In this document: positions 1 to 9,293 of the stretch, in pieces | How the letters are laid out: every line of letters starts with the position of its first letter | Position numbering within the stretch: the stretch's first letter is position 1 | Source of the DNA: a virus | DNA length: 64,000 nt | Virus record (IMG/VR): IMGVR_UViG_3300046648_000141 | Span: 3,914-67,913 of that record | Direction: 5' to 3' (one strand) | The notes under the pieces: model-generated | Told to the model about the DNA's origin: nothing | Database searches by the model: none | What the model saw: the letters and a program-made list of their open reading frames with translations, nothing else | Translations under genes and position numbers: made by a program

Positions 1-93
1 CGCAGGACTGGCACGGGAATGTCGGGCGATCCTTTTTGGGCGCCGGCTGATCCGGGCCGGAGCCGGGCAGGTGGTCGAGGTCGGAAAAGTCAA

Positions 94-333
94 TCATGCC
101 CGTGCCCCTCCCTTTGCCCGGCGTCCGATCTCTGCCTTGATGGCCTCACGAAGCTGCCGCGTTGCCTCATCGGCGCGTTCGCGGATGTTATCCCCGCCGG
201 TCTTGCGCTTTAGGTGCGTTTGCGCCTTGGCCGCGTATTCCGGGTTCTTGAGGTAAAGCTCGATGTTTTCCAGCATCGCCGCGAGCTTCGATGTGGGAAG
301 CGTTTTGAGCTGGTCTAGGATTGAAGCGGTCAT
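94..333 (-). CDS. hypothetical protein
   Basis: 79-aa ORF with GGAGG RBS, directly downstream of 345-518. Confidence 0.6.
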   Translation of the reverse strand: MTASILDQLKTLPTSKLAAMLENIELYLKNPEYAAKAQTHLKRKTGGDNIRERADEATRQLREAIKAEIGRRAKGGARA

Positions 334-344
334 ATCCGGTCCTC

Positions 345-518
345 CTACTCGCCCGAGAAGCGACGATCGAAGGCCCGGCGCATATCCTGCTCGGCCTGCT
401 CAACCTCGTCCTCATTGTCGGCTTGCTGCATCTGCGCCGCGAACCAGACGTCCCACCAATCGCAAAAGGCGGCGTCATGCATCGCGTCGAACTCTTCCTG
501 TGAAGGCATCTGGAACAT
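345..518 (-). CDS. small acidic Trp-rich protein, paralogue of 37935-38156
   Basis: SQEEFDAMHDAAFCDWWDVWFA vs SQEEFATLDDTAFCNWWQAWYA. Confidence 0.7.
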   Translation of the reverse strand: MFQMPSQEEFDAMHDAAFCDWWDVWFAAQMQQADNEDEVEQAEQDMRRAFDRRFSGE

Positions 519-568
519 GTATCGGGTCCTTTCCCGGCTTGCGCGGCGGGCCAACCCCTTCCGCTACA

Positions 569-605
569 TGTCCTAATCTTAGGACAACGCCGCACCGCTG
601 GCAAG
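569..605 (-). promoter_or_regulatory. RpoD-like promoter overlapped by palindromic operator
   Basis: Minus strand CTTGCC-N17-CTAAGA; perfect inverted repeat TGTCCTAA-TC-TTAGGACA at 569-586. Confidence 0.55.
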
Positions 606-705
606 CTGAAAAGCAAAGCAAAATCAGCCCGGCCCACCGGCAGGGATTTGGCGATTTGGTATAATGGGCTGGCAAGGTGTTTCGCGGGAAAGGAAGGTCG
701 CCCAG

Positions 706-1248
706 ATGGCGAAGAGAAAGCAGACCGACCCCCATCGCTCATTGCGGGTTATCGCCGTTGACAATCCCTATTACAGCCGGGCACATGCCGGCGCCGCCAC
801 CAATCCGAGATATATCGATGCGGTCGTGAACGTCCGAGAAAGTGCTATCACGACCCTCGCCTCTCGCGGCCGGATCGACCCGGCGCAAGAGGCCGCCGCC
901 AACAAGTTTCGAGCGCTATGGGAAGCGGTCGGCGGAAAAGGCGCCTCGGCGATCGACTACGGCCGGGACCATGTAGACGGCGGCACGCGATCGGACCCGG
1001 TCACGGAACGGCAGATCAACGCCGCTGACGAACTCCGCCGGGCGCACTTGGCGTTGGGCGACAAAGGCTATTGGTTGGTGTCCCGCATCTGCGGCGAAGG
1101 TTATGCACTGCATGAAGTGACCCAGCCGCCGGGCAGCAAGCGGGCCAAACTGGCCGCCGCCAAGGACCTCCGAACCTACCTGGACCGGCTTGCGGCAATG
1201 TGGGGCCTCACGACCTCTCGAACGTCTCGAAAACCACTAAACACCTGA
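706..1248 (+). CDS. putative late transcriptional regulator (DUF6456-like)
   Basis: LASRGRIDPAQEAAANKFRALWE...VSRICGEG...LDRLAAMWG resembles alphaproteobacterial phage proteins that precede packaging genes. Confidence 0.55.
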   Translation: MAKRKQTDPHRSLRVIAVDNPYYSRAHAGAATNPRYIDAVVNVRESAITTLASRGRIDPAQEAAANKFRALWEAVGGKGASAIDYGRDHVDGGTRSDPVTERQINAADELRRAHLALGDKGYWLVSRICGEGYALHEVTQPPGSKRAKLAAAKDLRTYLDRLAAMWGLTTSRTSRKPLNT

Positions 1249-1437
1249 TATGTCACGCTTTTTCCGCCTTTTCAGAGGTCAGAAAAATACGCATGCCGCG
1301 TATTGCCCCATAGAAGCCCCAGGACGCGCGCTAGCTGTTTCCGCTATACCCATATCCCCCGACCCCGTCACGCAATTTGTTCACGGTCCGTTGCTGTGAA
1401 CGCAATTCCGGTGTCGTTCACCTACGAGAAACAATCA

Positions 1438-1872
1438 TCAGTGACCCTTGAGCCTGTCGAAGATCGCTATCAGGGACCCCACCCCATGACCGGCGATCAC
1501 CGGCAGGCCGGCGGCCTTCGCCCGCGTGACCATGTCGGCCGTTCCGGTCCCTCCCCGGAAGGCGATCACACCAACCGGCTTGCCCTCGTCTATCATCTGC
1601 TGATTTCGAAGCGGACCCGCGCCCTTGCCGAATGCAGTCCAGTTCGCCGGGAAGGTAAGGCAGGGCCGGCCGCGATCGACCGCCCACCGCCACGCCCAAT
1701 AGTCAGCGCCGCCGATGATAATGCCGGCCTGATCCTTCTGCCGCTGACCACCTTCGATGATGAAGAGCGGGTGCGGCGCCTTGTCCTCGGCTGCATCCAG
1801 GACCCGGAACACCAGTTCCCCGTCGCTGAGATCGCGTCCGCCGCAAATGATAATGCGCAAAAATGCATCCAT
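1438..1872 (-). CDS. DUF2493/YspA-like SLOG-family nucleotide-binding protein
   Basis: IIICGGRD, GGAD, PANW..GKGAGPLRNQQM, AF.GG.GTADM motifs. Confidence 0.8.
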   Translation of the reverse strand: MDAFLRIIICGGRDLSDGELVFRVLDAAEDKAPHPLFIIEGGQRQKDQAGIIIGGADYWAWRWAVDRGRPCLTFPANWTAFGKGAGPLRNQQMIDEGKPVGVIAFRGGTGTADMVTRAKAAGLPVIAGHGVGSLIAIFDRLKGH

Positions 1873-1994
1873 CGTTTCGATGTAACGTATCCTTGCCGAA
1901 TTGACAGTCCGTGACCGAAAGCCATATATAGCTGCTATCTCCCGTCATTGTTGCTACATCCGGCCACCGGCGCCCGCCGAGAGGCAATGAACAC

Positions 1995-2384
1995 ATGTCA
2001 AAGCTGCGCAGATTGAAAGCTAACGTTGCTCCCCTGGGGCCGCGTCTGGGCTTCCTTGCGCCCGGTGATGAGAAGGACCGGGACAGGGTCCGCCGAGCCA
2101 CCCAGCCGTGGCGCGCTTGGTATAACACCCGGCGCTGGAAGGACCTTGCGCAAGCCGTCTTCGTCCGTGACCGCTACACCTGCCAGCGCTCCGGCATCCT
2201 CTGCATCAGCAAGAGCCCGGCACCTGATAGCCCGGTTGCCCATCACAAGGTCCCGCATCAAGGCGACCCGCATCTGTTTTGGGATATCGACAACATCCAA
2301 ACCGTATCGAAGGCCGAGCACGACGGCCCTATCCAACAGGAAGAACGTGCAAGCGGCGCCCGGTCTGGCGGCCCGCGCTGGTGA
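1995..2384 (+). CDS. HNH endonuclease (packaging-associated)
   Basis: WYNTRRWK..RDRYTC..VAHHKVPH.GD..LFWD..N.Q...K..H. Confidence 0.85.
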   Translation: MSKLRRLKANVAPLGPRLGFLAPGDEKDRDRVRRATQPWRAWYNTRRWKDLAQAVFVRDRYTCQRSGILCISKSPAPDSPVAHHKVPHQGDPHLFWDIDNIQTVSKAEHDGPIQQEERASGARSGGPRW

Positions 2385-2424
2385 TGAGATCGCTGACAAG
2401 GGCAGCATCCGTGCAGGAGGCCAC

Positions 2425-2679
2425 ATGCAAATAGCAATGATCGAGGGCGCCACCCGCATCATCGGCAAAGAGCAAGGCTTCAAGGGACTGCCGCTTCGGG
2501 ATGAGTTGATCAACACCAGCGTGACCGGAGACGGCACGCCCTCGATGGTCAGCGCCTGGACCCCGTCCCCTGCCGAGCTTGCCCGCCTCGTTGCCGGCGC
2601 GTCCGTCCACCTTCGGATCATCGGCACCGTCCACCCCCCGGTCAGCATCGATGTGGGCATGCCACCGACCGAGAAGTGA
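2425..2679 (+). CDS. hypothetical phage protein
   Basis: AGGAGG RBS; LPLRD..SMVSAWTPSPAEL..HPPV. Confidence 0.65.
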   Translation: MQIAMIEGATRIIGKEQGFKGLPLRDELINTSVTGDGTPSMVSAWTPSPAELARLVAGASVHLRIIGTVHPPVSIDVGMPPTEK

Positions 2680-2765
2680 CCGCCGACCCGTGATCGACCG
2701 TCGAACCTGATCCGAAGCTGGTGCTTTGGTGTCAGATCAAGGTGAAACCGACGCATGAACCACGA

Positions 2766-2860
2766 TCGTCATTGAGAATCGTGAAAAACGTGAACGAACT
2801 GGCAACAAGGTGAGCCCGAATTCGCCTTCGTCAGTGAGAATCGCGAAAAACGTGAACGAA
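2766..2860 (+). repeat. 33-bp direct repeat, 2 copies
   Basis: TCGTCA(T/G)TGAGAATCG(T/C)GAAAAACGTGAACGAA at 2766-2798 and 2828-2860. Confidence 0.9.
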
Positions 2861-2869
2861 GTGAGAACA

Positions 2870-2945
2870 TGGGGGGGCCATTGGGACCAAAAGACCCATC
2901 CGGCCAAAAGACCCGCGTGCAACCTCATCCGCAGATTTTTTTCTC
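2870..2945 (+). other. putative cos (packaging) site
   Basis: G-run, CCAAAAGACCC x2, then CTCATCCGCAGATTTTTTT downstream of the HNH gene; resembles cos regions of HNH-terminase phages (inference). Confidence 0.45.
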
Positions 2946-2990
2946 GCCGGCAAAACAACGGCTTTCAACGAGACAGGATTTTTGACCTCT

Positions 2991-3596
2991 ATGGATGCAA
3001 AAGCTGCAAAGACGGGCAAGGACAAATGGCCGGCCTTCAACATCGAGCGCCGTGCCGTTGCAGACCTGAAGCCCTACGCAAACAATCCCCGCACGCATAC
3101 CGAAGAGCAGATTGCGCAGATTGCCGCAAGCATCCGGGAGTGGGGCTGGACCTCACCTATCCTGATTGACCCGGCCGGCGGCGTCATTGCCGGGCACGGG
3201 CGTTTGCAGGCGGCGAACCTGCTCGGCATCGTAGAGGTGCCGGTCATCATCGCGGACGCCTGGACGGACGCTCAGAAGCGCGCCTACGTGATGGCCGACA
3301 ATCAGCTCGCTATCAACGCCGGCTGGGACGAAAACCTGCTGGCAATCGAGATCGGCGAGCTTGGCGTAGGCGGCTTCGACATCGACCTTTTGGGGTTTCC
3401 GGAGCTGGATTTAGATAGTATCTATACCCCTAACCTGGAGCCCGGAACCGCCGTTGGGCTAGTAACAGCGGGGGATGTAGACAAGAAGAAAGGTGACCTT
3501 GAAAGCAACTTCACCGACATCAGCAAGCAGACAATCATTCCCATTGCTTGCCCGCACTGCGGTGAAATGTTTTCGGTCAACAAGGACACGCTTTGA
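2991..3596 (+). CDS. ParB/Srx N-terminal domain protein with C-terminal CPHCG Zn knuckle
   Basis: LKPYANNPRTH..IAASIREWGWTSPILID..IAGHGRLQAA..ADN. Confidence 0.88.
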   Translation: MDAKAAKTGKDKWPAFNIERRAVADLKPYANNPRTHTEEQIAQIAASIREWGWTSPILIDPAGGVIAGHGRLQAANLLGIVEVPVIIADAWTDAQKRAYVMADNQLAINAGWDENLLAIEIGELGVGGFDIDLLGFPELDLDSIYTPNLEPGTAVGLVTAGDVDKKKGDLESNFTDISKQTIIPIACPHCGEMFSVNKDTL

Positions 3597-4390
3597 CATT
3601 TGAAGACGTGGCAGCAGCGCTCGAACAGAGCGAATGGATATACGCAAAGACCATGCCGCAGTGCCCACATTGGTACACGCTGCGGAAAAAGTGGTCAGCC
3701 CCTGCCCCGTTCGAACCGCTCGTTCAATACATCCGCGATCACGGCTACCGGGAAAAATTCGGGAAGACGTGGTTCACACGGCTGGACGTGAACAATTTCA
3801 AATATTGGACAATGGGGGCACCTTTGCCGGCGACCATCCTGATTAACCGGGCGGAGATCGACCGGCCGGAACCGTATGACGCCATCGCCCCGATCTACGA
3901 TCGCCTGTGGAACACGCCCGAAGCAGAGGCGGAGAACCGGGCGGTCATCGAGTCGCTCGCCTACACCGAGGGCTCCATTCTCGATATCGGCTGCGGCAGC
4001 GGCCTCCTGCTCGATCTGATCCAGCCGCGCCGCTACCTGGGCATCGATCCAAGCACCGCCATGCTGGACCTCCTCAAATGGAAACATCCGCTGGCGGAGA
4101 CCGTGCATTCCACGTTCGAAGCCTTCTATCCCGGCGAGCGGCGTTTTGATCTCATCGTCGGACTGTTCGCGGCGCCGAGCTATATAGAGCCGGCCGCGCT
4201 GGCCCGCATCCCGTCGCTGTTGAAAACGGGCGGCCGATATTTCCTGATGTTCTATCGGGACGGCTATGAACCGGAGACGCACAAGGCCGCCGGGGTGGAA
4301 ATCCCGTTCCACGACTGGCGCCGCGCCGCCAAGGTTCTGCCGGACAGCCAGGTAACGGAGTTCGGCAATTTCATGGTTCTCCGCTCTTGA
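3593..4390 (+). CDS. class I SAM-dependent methyltransferase with extra N-terminal domain
   Basis: ILDIGCGSG, GIDPS..ML, LKTGG; N-terminal AKTMP..PHWY..KYWTMG domain. Confidence 0.8.
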   Translation: MTFEDVAAALEQSEWIYAKTMPQCPHWYTLRKKWSAPAPFEPLVQYIRDHGYREKFGKTWFTRLDVNNFKYWTMGAPLPATILINRAEIDRPEPYDAIAPIYDRLWNTPEAEAENRAVIESLAYTEGSILDIGCGSGLLLDLIQPRRYLGIDPSTAMLDLLKWKHPLAETVHSTFEAFYPGERRFDLIVGLFAAPSYIEPAALARIPSLLKTGGRYFLMFYRDGYEPETHKAAGVEIPFHDWRRAAKVLPDSQVTEFGNFMVLRS

Positions 4391-5022
4391 TTCGCACCTT
4401 CGGGCCTCACCGCGTCAAGCACGGGGACGTGACACGCGGGATAGATGACCTGATGGCCGGCGACCGCGCCGATATCATGTATAGCGACCCGCCGTGGGGC
4501 GAAGGCAACATCCGCTATTGGGCGACCATGAACCGGAAGATGACCGGCGCCGAGGTGCAACCGGCGCCGCTCCAGAGCTTCCTGGACGCGGTCTTCGGGA
4601 TTGCCGGCCGCTATGTCTCCGGCTTCCTGCTAATCGAGTATGGAGAACGCTGGGCGGCAATGATCCAGCAGCGGGGCAAGCAGGCCGGTTTCCAGGAGCA
4701 CGGAATCGTCAAGCTTCGGTATCGTAGCGGCCGGGACCTCCTGCCGCTGGACCTTCATCTCTTCGCCCGGCCCGGCCTCAACTATCCGCACGGCTACGCC
4801 GAAGCCGTCGAAGGCTCTTATGGCTATGACACTCTTCGCCGCGCCGTGCCGCCGCTGGTGTCCGCCGTCAAGAAGCAGATGCGGCCGATCATTCTCGACC
4901 CATGCTGTGGCATGGGCTACACGGCGCAAGCGGCGATCGACAACGGCCTCGCCTTCCGGGGCAACGAGTTGAACGCCAAGCGCCTGGAAAAGACCGTCGC
5001 GAGGCTGTCCAAGTGTCAATGA
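4387..5022 (+). CDS. amino-(N6A/N4C) methyltransferase-like protein, beta-class motif order
   Basis: YSDPPW (motif IV) precedes ILDPCCGMGYT (motif I) and GNELN. Confidence 0.7.
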   Translation: MIRTFGPHRVKHGDVTRGIDDLMAGDRADIMYSDPPWGEGNIRYWATMNRKMTGAEVQPAPLQSFLDAVFGIAGRYVSGFLLIEYGERWAAMIQQRGKQAGFQEHGIVKLRYRSGRDLLPLDLHLFARPGLNYPHGYAEAVEGSYGYDTLRRAVPPLVSAVKKQMRPIILDPCCGMGYTAQAAIDNGLAFRGNELNAKRLEKTVARLSKCQ

Positions 5023-6143
5023 AATTTTATCTGGATGAGAACGTCTTCGACGCCGGCATGGCGCGCATGCGCTGGCTGTTCGATGAGTTCGAAAACATCG
5101 TCGTCAATTTCTCCGGCGGCAAGGATTCGACCGTCTGCCTCAACCTCGCCTTGGCGGTCGCGGAAGAGCGCGGCCGGCTCCCGCTCCCGGTCCTGTTTAT
5201 CGACCAGGAGGCGGAGTGGCAGAACGTCATCGATTATGTCCGCGTCGTCATGTCCGATCCGCGCGTCAAGCCGCTCTGGCTTCAAGTGCCGATCAAGATT
5301 TTCAATGCCACGTCCACGACCGAGCCCTGGCTCAAATGCTGGGAGCCCGGCCGGGAGTGGGTCCGCGACAAGGAACCGGACAGCCTCCACGATAACGTCT
5401 TCGGGACCGATCGCTTTTCGGAGATGTTCGGCGCCGTCTTCCATCACTTCTTTCCGGATGCTCCGGCGATTCACATTGCCGGTGTCCGGGCGGAAGAGAG
5501 CCCGGCGCGGATGAAGGGCCTGACGTCTTATGAGACCTACAAGGGCGAGACCTGGGGCAAGGTCGAGGACAAGCGGCGCCAGCAGTTTACGATGTATCCG
5601 ATTTATGACTGGTCCTACACCGACGTGTGGAAGGCCATCCACGATCACGGCTGGCCCTATTGCAAGCTCTATGACTACATGTATCAGCACGGCGTCCCCG
5701 TGACGAACATGCGCGTTTCGAACGTCCACCATGAGACCGCCGTCCGCCAGCTCTTTTTCCTACAGGAGATCGAAGGCAAGACCTGGGACCGCATCGCCTC
5801 GCGGCTTTCCGGCATCAACACGGCGGGGCAGCTCCAGGAGCAGTTTTTCACGCCGAAAGAGCTGCCGCCGATGTTCAAGGACTGGTACGAATATCGGGAC
5901 CATCTGCTGGAAAATCTGGTGCCCGACGAAAAAACGCGCGCCTACTTCCGGCGCACCTTCGCCTCATATGACGCGCGCTACACCGACGAGGTGCAGAAGA
6001 CGCTCGTCAAGACCGAGATCGGCTGCATCCTGTCGAATGATTATCACGGCACGAAGCTCTCGGTGTTCGCTGCCGGTCACGGGATGTATAGCAAGAACGC
6101 CGGCAAGAAGGGTGGGAGGTTCATTGATGGGCTCCGCACATAA
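5019..6143 (+). CDS. PAPS-reductase-family PP-loop protein (IbrA/YbdN-like)
   Basis: FSGGKDS, FIDQEAE, GVRAEES..R, YPIYDWSYTDVW, MRVS. Confidence 0.88.
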   Translation: MKFYLDENVFDAGMARMRWLFDEFENIVVNFSGGKDSTVCLNLALAVAEERGRLPLPVLFIDQEAEWQNVIDYVRVVMSDPRVKPLWLQVPIKIFNATSTTEPWLKCWEPGREWVRDKEPDSLHDNVFGTDRFSEMFGAVFHHFFPDAPAIHIAGVRAEESPARMKGLTSYETYKGETWGKVEDKRRQQFTMYPIYDWSYTDVWKAIHDHGWPYCKLYDYMYQHGVPVTNMRVSNVHHETAVRQLFFLQEIEGKTWDRIASRLSGINTAGQLQEQFFTPKELPPMFKDWYEYRDHLLENLVPDEKTRAYFRRTFASYDARYTDEVQKTLVKTEIGCILSNDYHGTKLSVFAAGHGMYSKNAGKKGGRFIDGLRT

Positions 6144-6783
6144 GGACGCAATCCGGGCCGCATTTGAGGCGGCCGACGATCCTCTGGCCTTCATCACGGA
6201 TTTGCGGGAGTTCATTCATGACCTGTCCCCGCTCAAGAGCCAGCCGGTCGATTATGTGCGCTGGGTGCCGATCGAAAAGGTCACCCCGAATGACTACAAT
6301 CCCAATTCGGTCGCCAAGGTCGAAATGAAACTGCTCTACACGTCGATCGCCCACGATGGTTACACGCAACCGGTCGTGACGATCTATGACGCGGAGCGCG
6401 ACAAGTATGTGATCGTGGACGGCTTCCACCGCTACTTCGTTTGCAAGAATAACCCCGACATCTCGGCCCGGAACCAGGGCCGCCTCCCGGTCGTGGTTAT
6501 CGACAAGCCGGTAAACGATCGCATGGCCTCAACCGTCCGGCATAACCGGGCGCGCGGCAAGCACTCGGTTGACGGCATGGCGAGCATGGTTTTCCAGATG
6601 CTGGACAATGGGTGGGACGAAGCGGCGATCTGCAACGAATTGGGCATGGAGCCCGAGGAAGTGCTCCGCCTCAAGCATATCACCGGCTTTTCGAAGCTGT
6701 TTAGCGACGTGGAATATAAGCGGGCTTGGACGACGCGCCGGCAGATGCAGATTCGCCGGGCATTCAAGGAAAAGGCCGCATAG
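6127..6783 (+). CDS. ParB-like nuclease domain protein (IbrB/YbdM-like)
   Basis: PVD.VRWV..NDYNPNSVA..DGYTQPVV..VDGFHRY..STVRHNRARGKH. Confidence 0.9.
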   Translation: MGSAHKDAIRAAFEAADDPLAFITDLREFIHDLSPLKSQPVDYVRWVPIEKVTPNDYNPNSVAKVEMKLLYTSIAHDGYTQPVVTIYDAERDKYVIVDGFHRYFVCKNNPDISARNQGRLPVVVIDKPVNDRMASTVRHNRARGKHSVDGMASMVFQMLDNGWDEAAICNELGMEPEEVLRLKHITGFSKLFSDVEYKRAWTTRRQMQIRRAFKEKAA

Positions 6784-6786
6784 GGT

Positions 6787-7032
6787 TTACCACCCGGCCT
6801 CCAGCCGGCGGAGCCGCTCACGTTCCGACGCTGTGCCGAGCCGTAGGACCGCATCCTCAAAATCAATGCCGAGATCGGCCGCCAGCAGGCGGAGTTCGGC
6901 AACATGGATATGGCCGTTATCTCTAGCCTCATCCTCGCCCAAGGCGCCGAAAGGATCGTCCAGAAAATTGTCGAGGTAGGTCTCAAACGCCTCACGGGCG
7001 AAGGCGAGCACTCGGTCAGTTGTCTCAGGCAT
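6787..7032 (-). CDS. hypothetical protein
   Basis: GGAGG RBS, last gene of antisense operon. Confidence 0.55.
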   Translation of the reverse strand: MPETTDRVLAFAREAFETYLDNFLDDPFGALGEDEARDNGHIHVAELRLLAADLGIDFEDAVLRLGTASERERLRRLEAGW

Positions 7033-7210
7033 TGGCTTCCTCCCGGTTGTCCGGTGATCCATACTTTTCGCAAATGTCCTTCACACCCGCCATGCTCAGG
7101 CATTCGTAGACATTGCGCTCTTTGTGCAGCTCCACCCAATTGCCCCTGAGCGTGACGACGAAGCCATAGGCGCGGGCGTAGTGATCGGCCCATTTCTGAA
7201 AACTGTTCAT
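7025..7210 (-). CDS. hypothetical protein
   Basis: overlapping start/stop with neighbours. Confidence 0.55.
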   Translation of the reverse strand: MNSFQKWADHYARAYGFVVTLRGNWVELHKERNVYECLSMAGVKDICEKYGSPDNREEANA

Positions 7211-7554
7211 GCCGTTTCCTCCGGCTCGTTACCAGCATGCGCCCGGCGGGCATCTGCCAGCGTTTGGTAACATTCGCTGCGGTCGATCTGATCCGGATCA
7301 AACCCGCCGAGACGCATACCGACCTGCATGATCTGGTTGGGCTCATCGGCATTCAGAAGCAGGCCCATCAGGCCGGCGCATTGCTGCGGCTTGTCTCCCG
7401 GCGCCGGCTCATCGTCCGAATAATCGACGGTCTTGTGACACTGAAAAGCCGGGGCGGCGAAGATTTCGGTCAGCCGCTCCGGATGCAGTCGAAATCGAGA
7501 GCCGACGCCCTTCTTGAAGGGACAGGTCACGCAAGGCGTCTTGAGCTTGAACAT
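7207..7554 (-). CDS. Cys-rich hypothetical protein (DUF6283-like)
   Basis: PCVTCPF..FQCHKT..QQCAG. Confidence 0.6.
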   Translation of the reverse strand: MFKLKTPCVTCPFKKGVGSRFRLHPERLTEIFAAPAFQCHKTVDYSDDEPAPGDKPQQCAGLMGLLLNADEPNQIMQVGMRLGGFDPDQIDRSECYQTLADARRAHAGNEPEETA

Positions 7555-7763
7555 CAGGCGGCGTTCCTGGGCCAGTCTTCCGGGCGGTAGCCGGCATCGT
7601 AGGCCCGCATCAGGCGGGCGACATGAACCGGGACCTCGCGGGGATTGGATGAGCGCTCGAATTCGGAGACCCGCATGGGCGAGCCGTAATCGAGCACGCG
7701 GGCCAGTTCGCCTTGGGTGAGCCCAAGGCGCTGGCGGATGGCTTTGAATTCGGTGCCGGTCAT
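7554..7763 (-). CDS. XRE-family HTH protein
   Basis: EFKAIRQRLGLTQGELARVL..VSEFE. Confidence 0.85.
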   Translation of the reverse strand: MTGTEFKAIRQRLGLTQGELARVLDYGSPMRVSEFERSSNPREVPVHVARLMRAYDAGYRPEDWPRNAA

Positions 7764-7936
7764 GGTTGTTTCAAAAGCCCCATTTGTTGAAGGTCGCGGT
7801 TGACCCTTTCCACCCGCCTCTCGACTTCGCTCATGGTGTAGGCCCTTCTGTCAGATTGATCCTGCCAGAAAAAATAGACCGCGATGGCCGTGACGATCAC
7901 GGCGCAAAAGCAGATTGTGGCGTGAAAGGGGTTCAT
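7760..7936 (-). CDS. small single-pass membrane protein (58 aa, not in ORF track)
   Basis: Hand translation MNPFHATICFCAVIVTAIAVYFFWQDQ...; 4-bp overlaps with both neighbours. Confidence 0.5.
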   Translation of the reverse strand: MNPFHATICFCAVIVTAIAVYFFWQDQSDRRAYTMSEVERRVERVNRDLQQMGLLKQP

Positions 7937-8187
7937 AGGACCAGCGCCTTTGCGAGATGTTTGAAATAGCCGTTGCAGTCAGCGTTGATGAAGTCGAGCT
8001 TGACCAGCATAGCCTTGATTGCCTCCTGTTCACTTGCCGGCGCCGCCTTCATTGCGGCAGCGACGACACCAAGCGGGATGAAGTTGGGGCCAGACGGGCC
8101 TTCTACTTCGAAGATGCGTTCAGGATCGAGACCCTTCTCTTCCACGAAGGTGTCAAGCCAGACGGCGAATCGGAAGTCATTCCTCAT
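7933..8187 (-). CDS. hypothetical protein
   Basis: coupled ORF in antisense operon. Confidence 0.6.
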   Translation of the reverse strand: MRNDFRFAVWLDTFVEEKGLDPERIFEVEGPSGPNFIPLGVVAAAMKAAPASEQEAIKAMLVKLDFINADCNGYFKHLAKALVL

Positions 8188-8392
8188 GGGAGAACACCAC
8201 GGTTTCGCCGTCGATGGTATATGGCGCGGTCCCGGAAAGCAGCGCCTTGGCGGCGGCCTCCGGCACGCCCCAGCTCATGACGGCGTCAAGAACAGTCCGG
8301 CGGTCTTCTTCGAAGTGGTAACCGCTGATAGCCCACCGGACGACGTTGGGCGCATAGACAAAATTGTTGGAGCCGAGACGGTACGTTTTCAT
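8177..8392 (-). CDS. hypothetical protein
   Basis: MKTYRLGSNNF..., overlaps upstream stop. Confidence 0.55.
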   Translation of the reverse strand: MKTYRLGSNNFVYAPNVVRWAISGYHFEEDRRTVLDAVMSWGVPEAAAKALLSGTAPYTIDGETVVFSHEE

Positions 8393-8571
8393 CGGTCGCC
8401 TGCCTCCATCTTGCGCTGCCGGACCATGTCGGCGGCTTTGAATACCTGAGCCTTGCGCTCGCCGCGCTGGTCCTTCCGCATCGCCACTTGCGGGTCCGCC
8501 ATCCACCATTCGGCGGAAAGGACGGCGGCTTCCAGCGCTTCAAGATAGCGCGTCATAACGGTTGTCATCAT
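8389..8571 (-). CDS. hypothetical protein
   Basis: coupled ORF. Confidence 0.5.
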   Translation of the reverse strand: MMTTVMTRYLEALEAAVLSAEWWMADPQVAMRKDQRGERKAQVFKAADMVRQRKMEAGDR

Positions 8572-8972
8572 TGAACTGTCTCCTTGACGGTCAAGCGCTG
8601 CCAGCCACCTTCACCGACGGTGGCGGCCATGACGGACTGTTGCAGGGCTGAAAGTGGGATGGTGCAGGAAAGCGTATTGCCATTGCGATCTGAAGGACCG
8701 AGGAACAGCACGTTCCCGGCCAGCGGGTCCGGATGACCGCCATTGATAAAAACGAAGTGCTGCGGGTCATTGATCAGGCCCTCATCATCGACCCACGCGG
8801 TATTGTTGCCGGGCAGGCGGACGCAGTCGAAGCAGGTGCAACCGATAAGCTCATACATCTTCTGCATATGGTCGTTGGTCCGGAACGGCAGCGTGACGGG
8901 CTCAATGGTCTTGTTGGCGGCGTTCACCAGAAAGCCGGTGATCGTCCGTTTCGGTTTTTCGGTCTTTGTCAT
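8568..8972 (-). CDS. DUF3846-like protein
   Basis: LIGC..WVDDEGL..LAGNVLF. Confidence 0.6.
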   Translation of the reverse strand: MTKTEKPKRTITGFLVNAANKTIEPVTLPFRTNDHMQKMYELIGCTCFDCVRLPGNNTAWVDDEGLINDPQHFVFINGGHPDPLAGNVLFLGPSDRNGNTLSCTIPLSALQQSVMAATVGEGGWQRLTVKETVQ

Positions 8973-9075
8973 GTCCGGGCTCCTCAGAGGTAAATGTCTT
9001 TAAGAAGGAAGCCCAAAGCCAGGGCTACGATGATGAGGACGAAGGGGATAAGCATTTCCATTTTTCGACTCCTTG

Positions 9076-9285
9076 TCAGGCGTAATTGTTAACAATCAGG
9101 AACTGGATCAGCTCGGCGCGGGTGCCCTCCCGGTACTCCCCGCCGAAAGGCCAGATGTAGAAAACGGGGCGGCCTTCGCGGGCAATCTCCCCGATCATCG
9201 TGGCGGCCACGGCCTCCCGATCGGCCATGTATTTCTCTTGGAGTTGTGCGCGGAGACGGGCGGCGGCTTTTGCGGCGTTGCTCAT
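9076..9285 (-). CDS. hypothetical protein
   Basis: ORF in antisense operon. Confidence 0.5.
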   Translation of the reverse strand: MSNAAKAAARLRAQLQEKYMADREAVAATMIGEIAREGRPVFYIWPFGGEYREGTRAELIQFLIVNNYA

Positions 9286-9293
9286 GGCGGCGC

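Noticed and set aside
5019-6143. Complete Dnd/Ssp phosphorothioation system or sulfate-assimilation cysH
   Set aside because: No DndD/E, SspB/C or cysteine desulfurase; motifs fit the IbrA/YbdN subfamily
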